From Promethearchaeia archaeon (GTDB lineage: Archaea; Asgardarchaeota; Lokiarchaeia; Sigyniarchaeales; SOKP01), in NCBI GenBank assembly GCA_029856155.1, contig JAHQWL010000085.1:1-64000 (forward strand): a stretch of DNA of 64,000 nucleotides, in the 5' to 3' direction. Positions 30,273 to 40,859 of this stretch are shown here, piece after piece. Below the pieces are notes generated by a model. The model saw only the letters and a program-made list of their open reading frames with translations. It had not been told where the DNA came from and did not search any database. The position numbers were made by a program, and so were the translations under genes. Numbering within the stretch: the first letter of the stretch is position 1; each line of letters begins with the position of its first letter.

Positions 30273-31019
30273 TTGAATTTCTTACAAATTCTTCTCATCA
30301 TTTTCGGGATTATAATAGCATTAATTCTAATTTTTGGTTTACCTCGAAAAAAGAATTATAGGAAACCTAGTATTGAAGGTCTTGATAGTCCTGAAGTTGC
30401 AGCAGCATTCGAAAAAATGACTAATTTTCTACCATTCAAGCTCTTAAGAAGAAAAGTGTTATCTCAATTGAATTTATATAATCCTATTGGAACACTCGTT
30501 GATATAGGGTGTGGATCAGGGAATTTAATTGTTGAAATAGCTAAAACTTATCAAGATCTTAATCTAATAGGAGTCGATATATCTGATGAAATATTGGATT
30601 TGGCAAAAAAGAGAGCCTTTGAAAACTATTTAAATGAAAGGATAGACTTTAGATTAGGAAATGTTGAACATTTACCATTTCCAGACAATTCAATAGATTT
30701 TTTGCTAAGTACTTTTTCTCTCCATCATTGGCAAGACCCCTTACGAGCCTTTAATGAATTTTTTCGCGTTTTAAGAGACGAAGGCACTTTATTAATTTTT
30801 GATTTTCGTAGAGACGCAAGGAAATTTTTCTACGGGTTATTAAAATTTGCTACTAAAATAGTTGTTCCTAAGGCTTTAAAGAAAATAAATGAGCCAATAG
30901 GCTCTCTACAAGCAGGATATACTCTTAAAGAGATTAGACAAATAATTTCTCAATTACCTTTTAATAATGTAGAGACTAATCCATTTCTAGCTTGGACATT
31001 TATTTATATGAAGAAATAA
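30273..31019 (+). CDS. Class I SAM-dependent methyltransferase with N-terminal TM anchor
   Basis: VDIGCGSG, GVDIS, LPFPDNSID, SLHHW. Confidence 0.88.
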   Translation: MNFLQILLIIFGIIIALILIFGLPRKKNYRKPSIEGLDSPEVAAAFEKMTNFLPFKLLRRKVLSQLNLYNPIGTLVDIGCGSGNLIVEIAKTYQDLNLIGVDISDEILDLAKKRAFENYLNERIDFRLGNVEHLPFPDNSIDFLLSTFSLHHWQDPLRAFNEFFRVLRDEGTLLIFDFRRDARKFFYGLLKFATKIVVPKALKKINEPIGSLQAGYTLKEIRQIISQLPFNNVETNPFLAWTFIYMKK

Positions 31020-31173
31020 ATAATAGATCAATTGATTTTATTATTATTATTTTAGACTCATCTTATTATAATGAATATGAATTTAGAATTTTGAAAAAAT
31101 CTTAATTGTGGATATAGGTACTCAACGAAGAACCCTCATTCTTGTGACTCAATTTAGATTGACAAACAAAATA

Positions 31174-31710
31174 TTATTTATTAGAGGATTTATAAATATG
31201 TGACACTAATTTAGAAAAAAATTCTTCCACTCCAGAACCAATTTTAGCGCTCGATTCATGATATGCGCAAACTTTCAATTGCTTTTTAAGATTTTGAGCC
31301 TCTTCTTCTCCAATTATTCTTTTTTTACTAGTTATTAAATCGAGCTTATTTCCAACAAGTACACTTGAAAATCCTTTGATAGCTTTTTCTATTTCATTTT
31401 TCCAACCATTTATATTATCAAATGTTTGCTTTCTAGTTAAATCAAAAACATAGACTATTCCTTTAGCTCCTTTATAAAATTCATGTCTAACCCATTTAAA
31501 GTGTTCTTGCCCTGCTAAATCCCATATCTGTAAGGTAATAGGAGTCTTAACATTAGGAATTTTAATATATTTTGCAAAAAAATTGGAACCTATCGTAGAG
31601 CTTACATTTGGGTTAAATCTCCTTTCTAAATATTGGTGAAGCAAAGTTGTTTTACCTACTCCAAAATCACCAACTATACATATCTTATAAAAAGGAATTT
31701 TTAAACCCAA
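31174..31710 (-). CDS. Rab-like small GTPase (eukaryotic signature protein)
   Basis: G1 GDFGVGKT, G2 STIG, G3 WDLAGQE, G4 NKLD, G5 SSAK. Confidence 0.93.
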   Translation of the reverse strand: MGLKIPFYKICIVGDFGVGKTTLLHQYLERRFNPNVSSTIGSNFFAKYIKIPNVKTPITLQIWDLAGQEHFKWVRHEFYKGAKGIVYVFDLTRKQTFDNINGWKNEIEKAIKGFSSVLVGNKLDLITSKKRIIGEEEAQNLKKQLKVCAYHESSAKIGSGVEEFFSKLVSHIYKSSNK

Positions 31711-31938
31711 CCTGTATTCTATAAATGGACTTAATTAATTTAATGCGAATTTAATTTATAATTTTATCTTGTATAGAGAAAGTTTAAAAAAAATTTAGAA
31801 AGTAAGATAAATCCAGTAGGAAATAATTCGCTGATATATAATCACCTTCCATCATAATAAAGCTAACTAGATATCATAAAGTGAAAACTTAATTTTGGAA
31901 ATAAAATTATTATTAATAAATATTCAAAATGAATAGCA

Positions 31939-32619
31939 TTGAAGCAATCCTTTGAAATTAATATTGTCTATGACGATAAATGCCCTAAATCAGGATTCTT
32001 AACGGGTTTTGGGTTTTCTTCCTTAATATATAATTATTTTACAGGAAATTTTTCTTTATTTGATACAGGTGGAAATGGTACTATTTTAATCCATAATATC
32101 AAGGAATTTAATGTGGATCTCTCAGAGATAAAGAATGTTATAATTTCCCACAATCACCATGATCATGCTGGAGGATTAGCAAAAATACTTCAAAATAATC
32201 CTCTTATAGATGTCTATGTTCCAATTGATGACTTAAAATCGTTTTTGAGAGTATTTCCGAATAAACAAATTCATGGAGTCTCAAAAATGATAGAAATTGA
32301 AAAAAATCTCTTTATATCAGGTCAGTTTAAAGGAAGTTTTAACTCAGAGCAATCAGTTTTTCTAAAAACTAATGATAATGAGTTAATTATATTGGTTGGT
32401 TGCGCGCATCCAGGTTTAGAAAAATTTATCATAAAAGCTCAGAATATTTCAAGAATTAGAGCTATAATCGGGGGATTTCATGGTTTTAAAAAATTATCCT
32501 ATTTAGAAGATATTGAATTTATAGGAGCTTGTCACTGCTCAAAGTATTACAATTTTATAAAAGAGACGTTTCCAAGGCAATTTAAGCGTATCTGCGTTGG
32601 AGATAATTATCGCTTTTAA
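31939..32619 (+). CDS. MBL-fold metallo-hydrolase
   Basis: LFDTG, SHNHHDHAGG, GCAHPG, GGFH, CHCS. Confidence 0.88.
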   Translation: MKQSFEINIVYDDKCPKSGFLTGFGFSSLIYNYFTGNFSLFDTGGNGTILIHNIKEFNVDLSEIKNVIISHNHHDHAGGLAKILQNNPLIDVYVPIDDLKSFLRVFPNKQIHGVSKMIEIEKNLFISGQFKGSFNSEQSVFLKTNDNELIILVGCAHPGLEKFIIKAQNISRIRAIIGGFHGFKKLSYLEDIEFIGACHCSKYYNFIKETFPRQFKRICVGDNYRF

Positions 32620-32897
32620 AAGCAAAAAATTTGATATTAGTATCAATTTTTTCTATTGTTTTTTATTAAATTCGGATCTTTTATCTTTAATTTAGATCTT
32701 TAGAGTTAACTTAAAAGATTATTATATGATTATAAATTAATATTTTATTAATTCCAAGTCTTTTGGTTTAATAAATGGTTTTTCTCCTTTCTAATGCTCA
32801 TTAGGTGATAGATAATCTTGAGCAAATTAGGGATGACTAAAAAGTTTAAATATAATGAAGCCTAATAAATTTAATAAGAACATTAAGTTAAAAAAAA

Positions 32898-33458
32898 ATG
32901 GATCTATTCCCTGCGTTATCAATTGGATGGTTGAATGGTTGGATATTTCAAGTAATCTTCTTTATTTCATTTGGTATCTTTTTACTAACTTGTTCAAAAG
33001 AAGTAATTTCACGGCTTTATGATGAAGAAGGATGGAATAAATTACAGCAAAGATTTACAAAAATCGCAAAAATTTTTGGTTTAATTGCTCTGATATTATT
33101 CATTTTTACTCCTTTGAATATTGGTACTCTAGAGTTTATTATTGGGGTTGTTCTAATAGTTACTGGAACAATAGGATTTCTTATAGCAATAAATAATTTT
33201 AAAAATTCACCAATTAATAAACCGATAACTACTGGATTATATAAAATTTCTCGTAATCCTCAATTAGTTATGATGTATTTAACGTCATTAGGAAACTGTT
33301 TAGTAATTGGATCTTGGACAGCATTAATTATTTTTTGTTTATCGATAATAGCAGGACATTTTCGAATTTTAGGAGAAGAAAAAAGGCTTACTGAACAGTA
33401 TGGCGATTCATATTTAGAATATAAAAAAAAGATTCCAAGATATCTCATATTTTTTTAA
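32898..33458 (+). CDS. ICMT/PEMT-family membrane methyltransferase (copy 1)
   Basis: TGLYKISRNPQ, EEKRL...YG.SY.EYKKKIPRY. Confidence 0.88.
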   Translation: MDLFPALSIGWLNGWIFQVIFFISFGIFLLTCSKEVISRLYDEEGWNKLQQRFTKIAKIFGLIALILFIFTPLNIGTLEFIIGVVLIVTGTIGFLIAINNFKNSPINKPITTGLYKISRNPQLVMMYLTSLGNCLVIGSWTALIIFCLSIIAGHFRILGEEKRLTEQYGDSYLEYKKKIPRYLIFF

Positions 33459-33476
33459 GAAAAAGAAAGTGAAAAT

Positions 33477-34037
33477 ATGGATTTTGTACCTCAATTTGGC
33501 ATAGGATGGTTAAATGGTTGGCTTCCTTTTGTAATCTATGTTTCAATACAATCTATTGTGACATTTACTTGTCCAAAAGAAGTAAGAAGAAGGTTAATTG
33601 AAAGAAAAGGATGGACAAAAACACAAATATTTATGACGACGATAGGTAAATCATTTAGTCTTATTAATATTATTTTATTATTTCTTTCACCGTTAAAATT
33701 TGGTTCTGTCGAATTTTATATTGGGATCATTTTATATTTTATAGGAATAATAGCATTGAGCACTGCAATAATTAACTTTAAAAATGCACCCTTAGGAAAA
33801 CCAATTACTAATGGATTTTATAAAATTTCCCGTAATCCACAATTATTCAGTATTTATATTATTTTTCTCGGACATATACTTATGATTGGGTCATGGATAT
33901 CATTAATTATACTTCTAATTTCAATTATAGGCTCATATTTTAATATATTAGGAGAAGAAAAACAACTTTATGCGCAATATGGTGATTCATATTTAGAATA
34001 CAAAAAAAAAGTTCCACGATATTTTATATTTTTTTAG
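33477..34037 (+). CDS. ICMT/PEMT-family membrane methyltransferase (copy 2, close paralog of copy 1)
   Basis: Same 186-aa length; IGWLNGW, YKISRNPQ, EEK...YKKKVPRY. Confidence 0.88.
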   Translation: MDFVPQFGIGWLNGWLPFVIYVSIQSIVTFTCPKEVRRRLIERKGWTKTQIFMTTIGKSFSLINIILLFLSPLKFGSVEFYIGIILYFIGIIALSTAIINFKNAPLGKPITNGFYKISRNPQLFSIYIIFLGHILMIGSWISLIILLISIIGSYFNILGEEKQLYAQYGDSYLEYKKKVPRYFIFF

Positions 34038-34081
34038 AATATACAGATTATAAACAACAGGATTACAATTGGTGAATTAAA

Positions 34082-34699
34082 ATAATAGAAACAATATTTA
34101 TAAAATTCTTTTTTATTATTTGTATAATTTTATTTTTAGCTGGATTTTTTTGGCCTATCATTCTTGTTAAAAAAAGTGGAAAAGATCCTCATGGTACTCA
34201 TGAGGGTTCATTATTATTAACGAGGTTAAGCTCAGTTTCTATTTTCTTGTGGCTTGGTCTCATAATTTTATATATCTTTCTCAATAGTATAATAGAGCGT
34301 TTATGGCGCTTGAATTTCTTATCTAATGATATTTCAGTCATAATTGGAATGATTATGATTTCATTAGGCTTTCTATTTGAAATATTAGGAATCAATGCCC
34401 TCGGTATAAACTTTAGGATTGAACTCCCTACAGATGATACCGAGCTTATCACTTATGGAATTTATAGAATAATGAGAAATCCTATCGTTTTTGGAATTTT
34501 TTTGCTCGTCATTGGTTCTTTTCTAATTATTCCAACGGTGATTGCATTATTTATATGTATATTTAATATTCTTACGTTTAATTCAAAAGCTATTGATGAA
34601 GAAAGATTTTTGCTCCAAGCATTTGGTGAAGATTTTAAAAACTACTTGAATAAAGTAGGAAGGTATTTACCTTTTAGAATTTCAAGAAATAAAGAGTAA
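34082..34699 (+). CDS. ICMT/PEMT-family membrane methyltransferase (copy 3); start probably upstream of the tracked TTG, possibly ATA at 34082
   Basis: GIYRIMRNPI, EERFL...Y...VGRY; frame open from 34076 encoding an extra TM; GGTGA at 34071-34075. Confidence 0.75.
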   Translation: MIETIFIKFFFIICIILFLAGFFWPIILVKKSGKDPHGTHEGSLLLTRLSSVSIFLWLGLIILYIFLNSIIERLWRLNFLSNDISVIIGMIMISLGFLFEILGINALGINFRIELPTDDTELITYGIYRIMRNPIVFGIFLLVIGSFLIIPTVIALFICIFNILTFNSKAIDEERFLLQAFGEDFKNYLNKVGRYLPFRISRNKE

Positions 34700-34722
34700 A
34701 AGCATATCAAAAATAAATTACA

Positions 34723-35373
34723 GTGAGTAATATGTCAATTTTATGGTTAATCAGATTAATTTTAATGGGATTTCTATTCATTCTTGCAGCTATTTTTGCT
34801 TACTTTCTTAAAAATCGAGAAAAATATTCAAGTCTTTTAGAAAACACAACTATAAATCTGTTTTCAGTCATTTTATTTAATGCTTTTTGTTATATATCTA
34901 TGATAATACCTTCTGATGAGAGTGTAATAGCTAGACCTCCACTTTTTAATCATGCTTTAAATCTTAGATGGTTTGATATATTAGGTTTGATTATGATGAT
35001 TTTTGGTGTTCTGATAATGTTGAGAACTATTTTCATTCGTAAAGCTGTTGGAGCACAAGATACTGCTGGAAAGTTATTAACTAAAGGTATTTATTCTTTT
35101 TGCAGGCATCCTATATACTTTGGTATTATAATGGTTTCTCTAGGATTAGGTTTAAGAAGAATTAATGTAGATGGATTGATTATATATCCATTAATTCTAC
35201 TAGCTAATTTTATTCAAGCAAAATTGGAAGAAGTATTTGATGTGGGAGTACGCTTTAAGGAAGAGTATTTGGAATATAAAAAAAAAATAAGAATATTTGG
35301 ACCGATTTGGTTTTGGCTTGTACTTTTAATCGTTTTAATCTTACCGCTTATAATATCTATTTTAAATCCATAA
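34723..35373 (+). CDS. ICMT/PEMT-family membrane methyltransferase (copy 4)
   Basis: KGIYSFCRHPIY, EE...EYLEYKKKI. Confidence 0.82.
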   Translation: MSNMSILWLIRLILMGFLFILAAIFAYFLKNREKYSSLLENTTINLFSVILFNAFCYISMIIPSDESVIARPPLFNHALNLRWFDILGLIMMIFGVLIMLRTIFIRKAVGAQDTAGKLLTKGIYSFCRHPIYFGIIMVSLGLGLRRINVDGLIIYPLILLANFIQAKLEEVFDVGVRFKEEYLEYKKKIRIFGPIWFWLVLLIVLILPLIISILNP

Positions 35374-35409
35374 GAATAGTAGTTATCTTTTTCAAACTAC
35401 AATAATTCT

Positions 35410-35628
35410 TTAAAAACGTTTTTTCATCCAAATAACATATTGTATTCTAGTAAATAATAGGATTCCCGCAAGGAGCAACGCTATTCCTATAGACATTAGA
35501 ACTGGAGAAGCTTTTTCTGGTGAATTTAAAACACTTATAATCCAAATAACAAGGAGAATAATTGCTATGAAAATTATAATTAAAGAAATATTTCTAAATT
35601 TTTTGTCGAATCTATTCAATTCTTCCAT
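35410..35628 (-). CDS. Small two-TM membrane protein
   Basis: Two hydrophobic helices; ATG start; fills an intergenic gap. Confidence 0.55.
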   Translation of the reverse strand: MEELNRFDKKFRNISLIIIFIAIILLVIWIISVLNSPEKASPVLMSIGIALLLAGILLFTRIQYVIWMKKRF

Positions 35629-35750
35629 TTTTATAAAAATAATAATTTGTAGTATTCAAATAAAATCCATATTAAACTTAATATACATATTAAAATTAGA
35701 AAAAAAATGTTTACATTCAATATTTAGGCAATTTTTGACTTGAAAAGAAA

Positions 35751-37817
35751 ATGAATATATTAAAGGAAGGTACAGTATATACACCTGAAAATATTGCAAA
35801 TTATATTGCCAAAACGGTAATCGAGAAGTATCTGCTTAAAAAAATAAATAATAAGTTCTCAACAGAAGTATCGAATTTAAAGGAATTATTTGATAAAGAT
35901 TATCAAAATAATAATACTAACAAAAAGTTTGAAGGCTTGTCTATTACTAAAAGTGATAGAGTCCAATTTAAATATATTTTTGAACTATTAAATTCTCTAA
36001 AAATCTTAGATCCTGCTGTAGGCAGCGGACACTTTATTATTGCTTCGTTAGAGTTTTTAGAGGGCTGTTATCTTAACTTGAAAGATTTAGGAATAATAAA
36101 CTGGCCTGAGTATAAAATCAGAGAGTATATTATATCAAATAGTTTATTTGGTGTTGATATTGAAATTGAAGCTATTGCGGTTACTACAAGGAGATTGTTG
36201 TCAAGACTTTATGATTTAAACACTAACAAAAAAAATATTAAGGTTTTACCTAATATTGATTCCAATTTTAAGGTAGGTAATGCGATAGTTGGTTTTTTAA
36301 GACATTCGGATATTTGTATTCCGGATTGTACAGATTTAAATTCTTGTTTTTATGAGGAAATAAAGAGTGTATTTGAGACTCACAAGGATTTAAAGAAAAT
36401 TGAATTAACGGAAAAACAAAAGAAAGCAATGCTATTAAATTTAAAGCCATTTCATTGGTTTCATGAATTTCCAGAAATTATGGAAAAAGGGGGTTTTGAT
36501 GTAATCATTGAAAATCCACCATATATCTCTAACAAGCAGTTGAGTTCTCTCGAGAAGGCAATATATCAAAATAGATATAAAACACCTAAAGGATTAATGA
36601 ATGTTTTTGGAATTTTTATAGAACGGTCTATTAATTTATGTCATCAATCTTCAATAGCAAGCTTTATACTTCACAAAAATATAATTCGGTCAAATAATTA
36701 TGATTTATTGAGAAAATATCTTTTAGAACACACTACAATAGAGGAAATCATTGATGCAGGAGCTCGAGCTTTTCATTCAGTAACAGCTGAAACGGTAATT
36801 ATTATTTTAACAACAATAACTCCTCCAGAAGATCATAAAATATTAATAAAAACTAATTTCTTAAATCAAAAAAATCATACAGCTAAAGATGTTTCATTAA
36901 AGCAAATTGCCCAAAAAACATATTTGGAACAAGAAAATTATAATTTCAATTTAGAACTCCAATATAACGAGCTTGAAATTATTAATTATATAAAAGAAAC
37001 AAAAGATTGTGATTTAATCAATTATTTTGAAGCTAAAACTTGTATAGCTACTGGAGATGATGAGAAATTTCTGGCAAATCATAAAGTAGATAAATCATAT
37101 AAGAAAACTCTAAAAGGTAAGAATATCGGGCGTTATTATATAGATTTTGATGGATTATATGTACTATACGATGCAAAAACCCTTCATAGGTCAAGAGACG
37201 AGGCTATATTTCAAACTACTGAAAAATTGGTTATGCAAACAATTAGCTCAAATCTTACCGTAGCATATGACAATAAGAATTATTATCCTTTAAGCACATG
37301 TATCGCGATAATTCCAAAAGTTAATACAAGTAATCGTTTTAGTATAAAATATCTTCTTCTATTAATGAATTCGACACTTTTGAATTTCTATTATGATTTT
37401 GTATTTAATTTGGGTGCTCATTTGACTACAGAAATCTCTGTAAATAATATAAATCGATTACCACTCAAGTCACTCCAAAATTATGAAACTTTTAATATTT
37501 TGGCAGATTTAATGAATTCTATGAATGAAAAAAAGGCTTTAAGAGAAGATAACAAAGATTATATTGACATTTTAGAAGATTTAATTAACATCTTGATTAT
37601 AGAGGTAATTTTTTCCTATAAATTTCAATTAGATGGCTTAAATACACACTTACTCAACCGAGTATCTCAATATATTGTTAATAGGAATTTAAATTCAATT
37701 GCACAGATTCAAGAATGTATTAAAAACATACAAGATGATGAGGATATCCATATCGAAAGGCAATATATCAAAAATCATCCTTGGGTTAAAATTGTAAAGA
37801 AATATTTTAAAAAATAG
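35751..37817 (+). CDS. N6-adenine DNA methyltransferase (Eco57I/TaqI-like gamma class) with C-terminal target recognition domain
   Basis: VYTP, ILDPAVGSGHF, LFGVDI, FHW..EFPE, NPPY, TaqI_C-like region. Confidence 0.88.
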   Translation: MNILKEGTVYTPENIANYIAKTVIEKYLLKKINNKFSTEVSNLKELFDKDYQNNNTNKKFEGLSITKSDRVQFKYIFELLNSLKILDPAVGSGHFIIASLEFLEGCYLNLKDLGIINWPEYKIREYIISNSLFGVDIEIEAIAVTTRRLLSRLYDLNTNKKNIKVLPNIDSNFKVGNAIVGFLRHSDICIPDCTDLNSCFYEEIKSVFETHKDLKKIELTEKQKKAMLLNLKPFHWFHEFPEIMEKGGFDVIIENPPYISNKQLSSLEKAIYQNRYKTPKGLMNVFGIFIERSINLCHQSSIASFILHKNIIRSNNYDLLRKYLLEHTTIEEIIDAGARAFHSVTAETVIIILTTITPPEDHKILIKTNFLNQKNHTAKDVSLKQIAQKTYLEQENYNFNLELQYNELEIINYIKETKDCDLINYFEAKTCIATGDDEKFLANHKVDKSYKKTLKGKNIGRYYIDFDGLYVLYDAKTLHRSRDEAIFQTTEKLVMQTISSNLTVAYDNKNYYPLSTCIAIIPKVNTSNRFSIKYLLLLMNSTLLNFYYDFVFNLGAHLTTEISVNNINRLPLKSLQNYETFNILADLMNSMNEKKALREDNKDYIDILEDLINILIIEVIFSYKFQLDGLNTHLLNRVSQYIVNRNLNSIAQIQECIKNIQDDEDIHIERQYIKNHPWVKIVKKYFKK

Positions 37818-38148
37818 TAATTATTGTAAAAGAAAAATTTTGATAATACTTTATTATTTACCAATTATTTCTTAATACCTTAATTGAATCTCTCATTACC
37901 ATTATTGTCTTAATATTCAGCTAAATTTTCTTTTTCCACTATTATATTAATAAAAACCTTTAGACCACGATCATTATCAACAAGAGTTTTGTTTAAAAAT
38001 AGGGATTAGATTTTAGAAAGAGTAATCCAAATTGCATAAAAGCAATCTGCAAGCTTTGACACATACCACCTCTGATATTAAAGTTTTAAACCTATTTTAT
38101 AACATTGGTTATCTATAATAGCATCTGTTAATTTAATAGCATGATATT

Positions 38149-38631
38149 ATGTCAAAAAACAATTCTTCGCCAGTGAAGGTTAAACTAACTATACAGATTG
38201 ATAATTTAATCCCTATTTATGAACAAAAAGCGGAATGTGGAATTTTCTTTAAACTTAATCCAGAAAAATCACCTTTAGAGATTCTTGGTGTATTAGATTT
38301 TTTAAAAGATAGGATAAAGAGGTGGGGGAACACAAATCTTTTTAGTTATCATGGCTGTCTATTCAGTAGAGGTGATGTTCTAATAGTTGGAGCTCGGCAT
38401 TTAGAAGAAGCTATAAGCATAATAATTTATATGTATTTATCTAATGTAGTGGACAATGAAGATGGAATTAATTATCTAATTGAAAAATTAGGTTCTTCAA
38501 GTGATCTTGAAATATTTTTAAGAAATGAAATTTCAGAAAATATTGAAAAAGGATATCCCGCTAACCTTGATTTAGACTCAAAAATTAGGAAATATATTGA
38601 TGATATTCTTTATAATCAAAATGATGAATAA
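38149..38631 (+). CDS. Hypothetical protein
   Basis: 160-aa ORF convergent with the MFS gene. Confidence 0.6.
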   Translation: MSKNNSSPVKVKLTIQIDNLIPIYEQKAECGIFFKLNPEKSPLEILGVLDFLKDRIKRWGNTNLFSYHGCLFSRGDVLIVGARHLEEAISIIIYMYLSNVVDNEDGINYLIEKLGSSSDLEIFLRNEISENIEKGYPANLDLDSKIRKYIDDILYNQNDE

Positions 38632-39912
38632 CTATGAATGCTCATAATTATTTTTTCTTCGTTTAATATTTCGTGAAAGGAATATTAGAAATATCAATAT
38701 TATAGGCCCCAGAAATGTTAAGAACCAATGTATTCCAAATAAATATACTTCAAAAATATAACCTGCGATTATAGGGGTTAAACCAAAACCCATACCTATT
38801 ATAATTTCATTGATTGTGGCATATTTTGAAGTGTTTTCAGCGGTTCCATATTCTAACATTATCTTTAAACCGACTCCATGGATTAACCCCAAGAATAGAC
38901 CTGCAATAGCAGTTATAATTGAAATATACCAAATATTTCCAAGAAGAACAATTGTGAATGTAATTATGCCGACAAAAATAATACTTATTAATGATGCTAT
39001 TTTTCTACTATAAATTTTCATTGAATTTATCCAAGTTAATCCAATAAGTTGCATTACTTGTAACCCGCATTGCACAAGATAGGTAAGGGAGGAAAATTCC
39101 TCAGATAAGAGGGCTTTTACTAAAATAGGATAACCAAAAATAAATATTGATTTTGAGATCGCCAAAAACATTATACTCAACCATGAAAAAAGCACAGGAT
39201 ATACAATCATAGGTGTTTTTGAATTAACCACTAAATCCTCTTTAATATCTAAGTGAGAAAGAGGATCTTCTGATTGATAAATCACAATTTCTTGTGAAAC
39301 AAAGGATGTTTCCCCCTTTTTTATAAAAAAACTTACAGGGATTAGTAGAAATGATAAAGACCAGGAAATAATCATAGCAAAAAAATCACTCCATGAAAAT
39401 GCCCATAGAAAACCAACAATTAATCCGCTGATGAAGCCCGCATTCCAACTTAAATTAAAAAAGGCAAAATTCTTTTTTGATTTTTTAGAACTACTTACTT
39501 TTCCCCATCGGCTTAAAAGGTTTAAACAGTTTGGCCAATACAATCCTAATGTCAATCCCAATAAAATCCGACAGATTATTAAGAACCAAGCCTCGGGATA
39601 GATAATTTGAAGCCCTGTTAATAAAGGTGTCAAGATGGAAGTTAAAATAAGAGCATTTCTTATTCCTAAAAATTTTTTTGTAAGCAATTGTCCTAAAATT
39701 GGCGCAAAAATATAAGTTATAGCTCCCGCTGATGAAATAAAACCTAAAATACTCTCTCTAATACCAATATCATAATATAGATAATTATATAAGGCTCTTT
39801 CAAAAATAGACACATAAAATAACCTTATAAAGCCAAGTAAAAATAATGACCATGATCTATAGTTTACAGAAGCTTGATTTTGGTCTTGAAGAGTCTTATT
39901 CGGGGGTTGCAA
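38632..39912 (-). CDS. MFS transporter
   Basis: About 12 TMs in 6+6 arrangement; RILLG; FNLSWNAG. Confidence 0.82.
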   Translation of the reverse strand: MQPPNKTLQDQNQASVNYRSWSLFLLGFIRLFYVSIFERALYNYLYYDIGIRESILGFISSAGAITYIFAPILGQLLTKKFLGIRNALILTSILTPLLTGLQIIYPEAWFLIICRILLGLTLGLYWPNCLNLLSRWGKVSSSKKSKKNFAFFNLSWNAGFISGLIVGFLWAFSWSDFFAMIISWSLSFLLIPVSFFIKKGETSFVSQEIVIYQSEDPLSHLDIKEDLVVNSKTPMIVYPVLFSWLSIMFLAISKSIFIFGYPILVKALLSEEFSSLTYLVQCGLQVMQLIGLTWINSMKIYSRKIASLISIIFVGIITFTIVLLGNIWYISIITAIAGLFLGLIHGVGLKIMLEYGTAENTSKYATINEIIIGMGFGLTPIIAGYIFEVYLFGIHWFLTFLGPIILIFLIFLSRNIKRRKNNYEHS

Positions 39913-40047
39913 AATACTATCCCTTTCCTTGTCAAGGTAAAACGTAAAATTGTGCTTTATTCAAATACTTTCTTATAAATAAGTAAATATAAATAATTGG
40001 ATTATTACTTCATATTTACAATATTCTATAAAGGGATCTTTGAGCAT

Positions 40048-40833
40048 ATGAAAAGAATAAAATATAAGGTGATGCTATTTTTAGGGTTTTTAACTATCAT
40101 TGCTTCAATTCAACCCGCTTTCGCATTAAATCAATATTCTGTAAACCCTGGTGCGCATTTTAGATGGGACGCGACTAAATATATCTTTATAAGAGATGGC
40201 TTGGGTCTTGGTATTAATCTTGAATATACACATTCTTACTATTTAGAGTTTGATTTTACAAATTGGGCTGGCATGTCAGGGATGGAATATCTAAATGGAA
40301 CCTATAATAACAACGGAACGGTTTATGATGGAGAAATAAGCCATGAATATTATTATGATAATCCACCGGGACAAAACTGGGCTACAGTAATTCTTAATGT
40401 TGGAGTTGCTACATATCCCGTACATATATATTTAGTATGTAATACTGAAATAGAACAAACTACAAAACCTGATATGCAAAATCTTGATACTAATTCATGG
40501 ATTAATTTTACTGAGCCTTCCACTAATAACTTTACACTTTCTGGAACTTATCCAAGTGGTATTGATAGAACAACGTATACAGCGTTTGTCGAGTTTAACT
40601 CAGATAAAGTTTTGAAATATGTATTCGATGAAGTAGTTCAAGTAACTTCTGATATAACCATGAGTATTACGCGATATATATGGTCTCTCACATATACACC
40701 CGGAACAGATACAGGTAATGGCGATACAAACGGAATTCCTGGATTTTCACTTTACATAATAATATTCGTTGTGGGATTAGGCATTATAATAACCCTATCA
40801 AAAAAGAATTATTTTAAAACTAAAATATATTAG
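40048..40833 (+). CDS. Secreted/surface protein with C-terminal IPGF-TM-basic sorting signal
   Basis: Signal peptide MKRIKYK...PAFA; C-terminal NGIPGFSLYIII...KK. Confidence 0.75.
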   Translation: MKRIKYKVMLFLGFLTIIASIQPAFALNQYSVNPGAHFRWDATKYIFIRDGLGLGINLEYTHSYYLEFDFTNWAGMSGMEYLNGTYNNNGTVYDGEISHEYYYDNPPGQNWATVILNVGVATYPVHIYLVCNTEIEQTTKPDMQNLDTNSWINFTEPSTNNFTLSGTYPSGIDRTTYTAFVEFNSDKVLKYVFDEVVQVTSDITMSITRYIWSLTYTPGTDTGNGDTNGIPGFSLYIIIFVVGLGIIITLSKKNYFKTKIY

Positions 40834-40859
40834 ATCGATTTTTTTTTTAATTTTTTAAT

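Noticed and set aside
31174-35373. Rab prenylation/carboxymethylation operon
   Set aside because: The GTPase has no C-terminal Cys, lies on the opposite strand and is separated by an MBL gene. No prenyltransferase is present.
37860-38075. Minus-strand gene remnant after a strong GAGGTGG SD
   Set aside because: All frames stop within about 25 codons and I recognise no family. It may be a decayed gene but cannot be supported.
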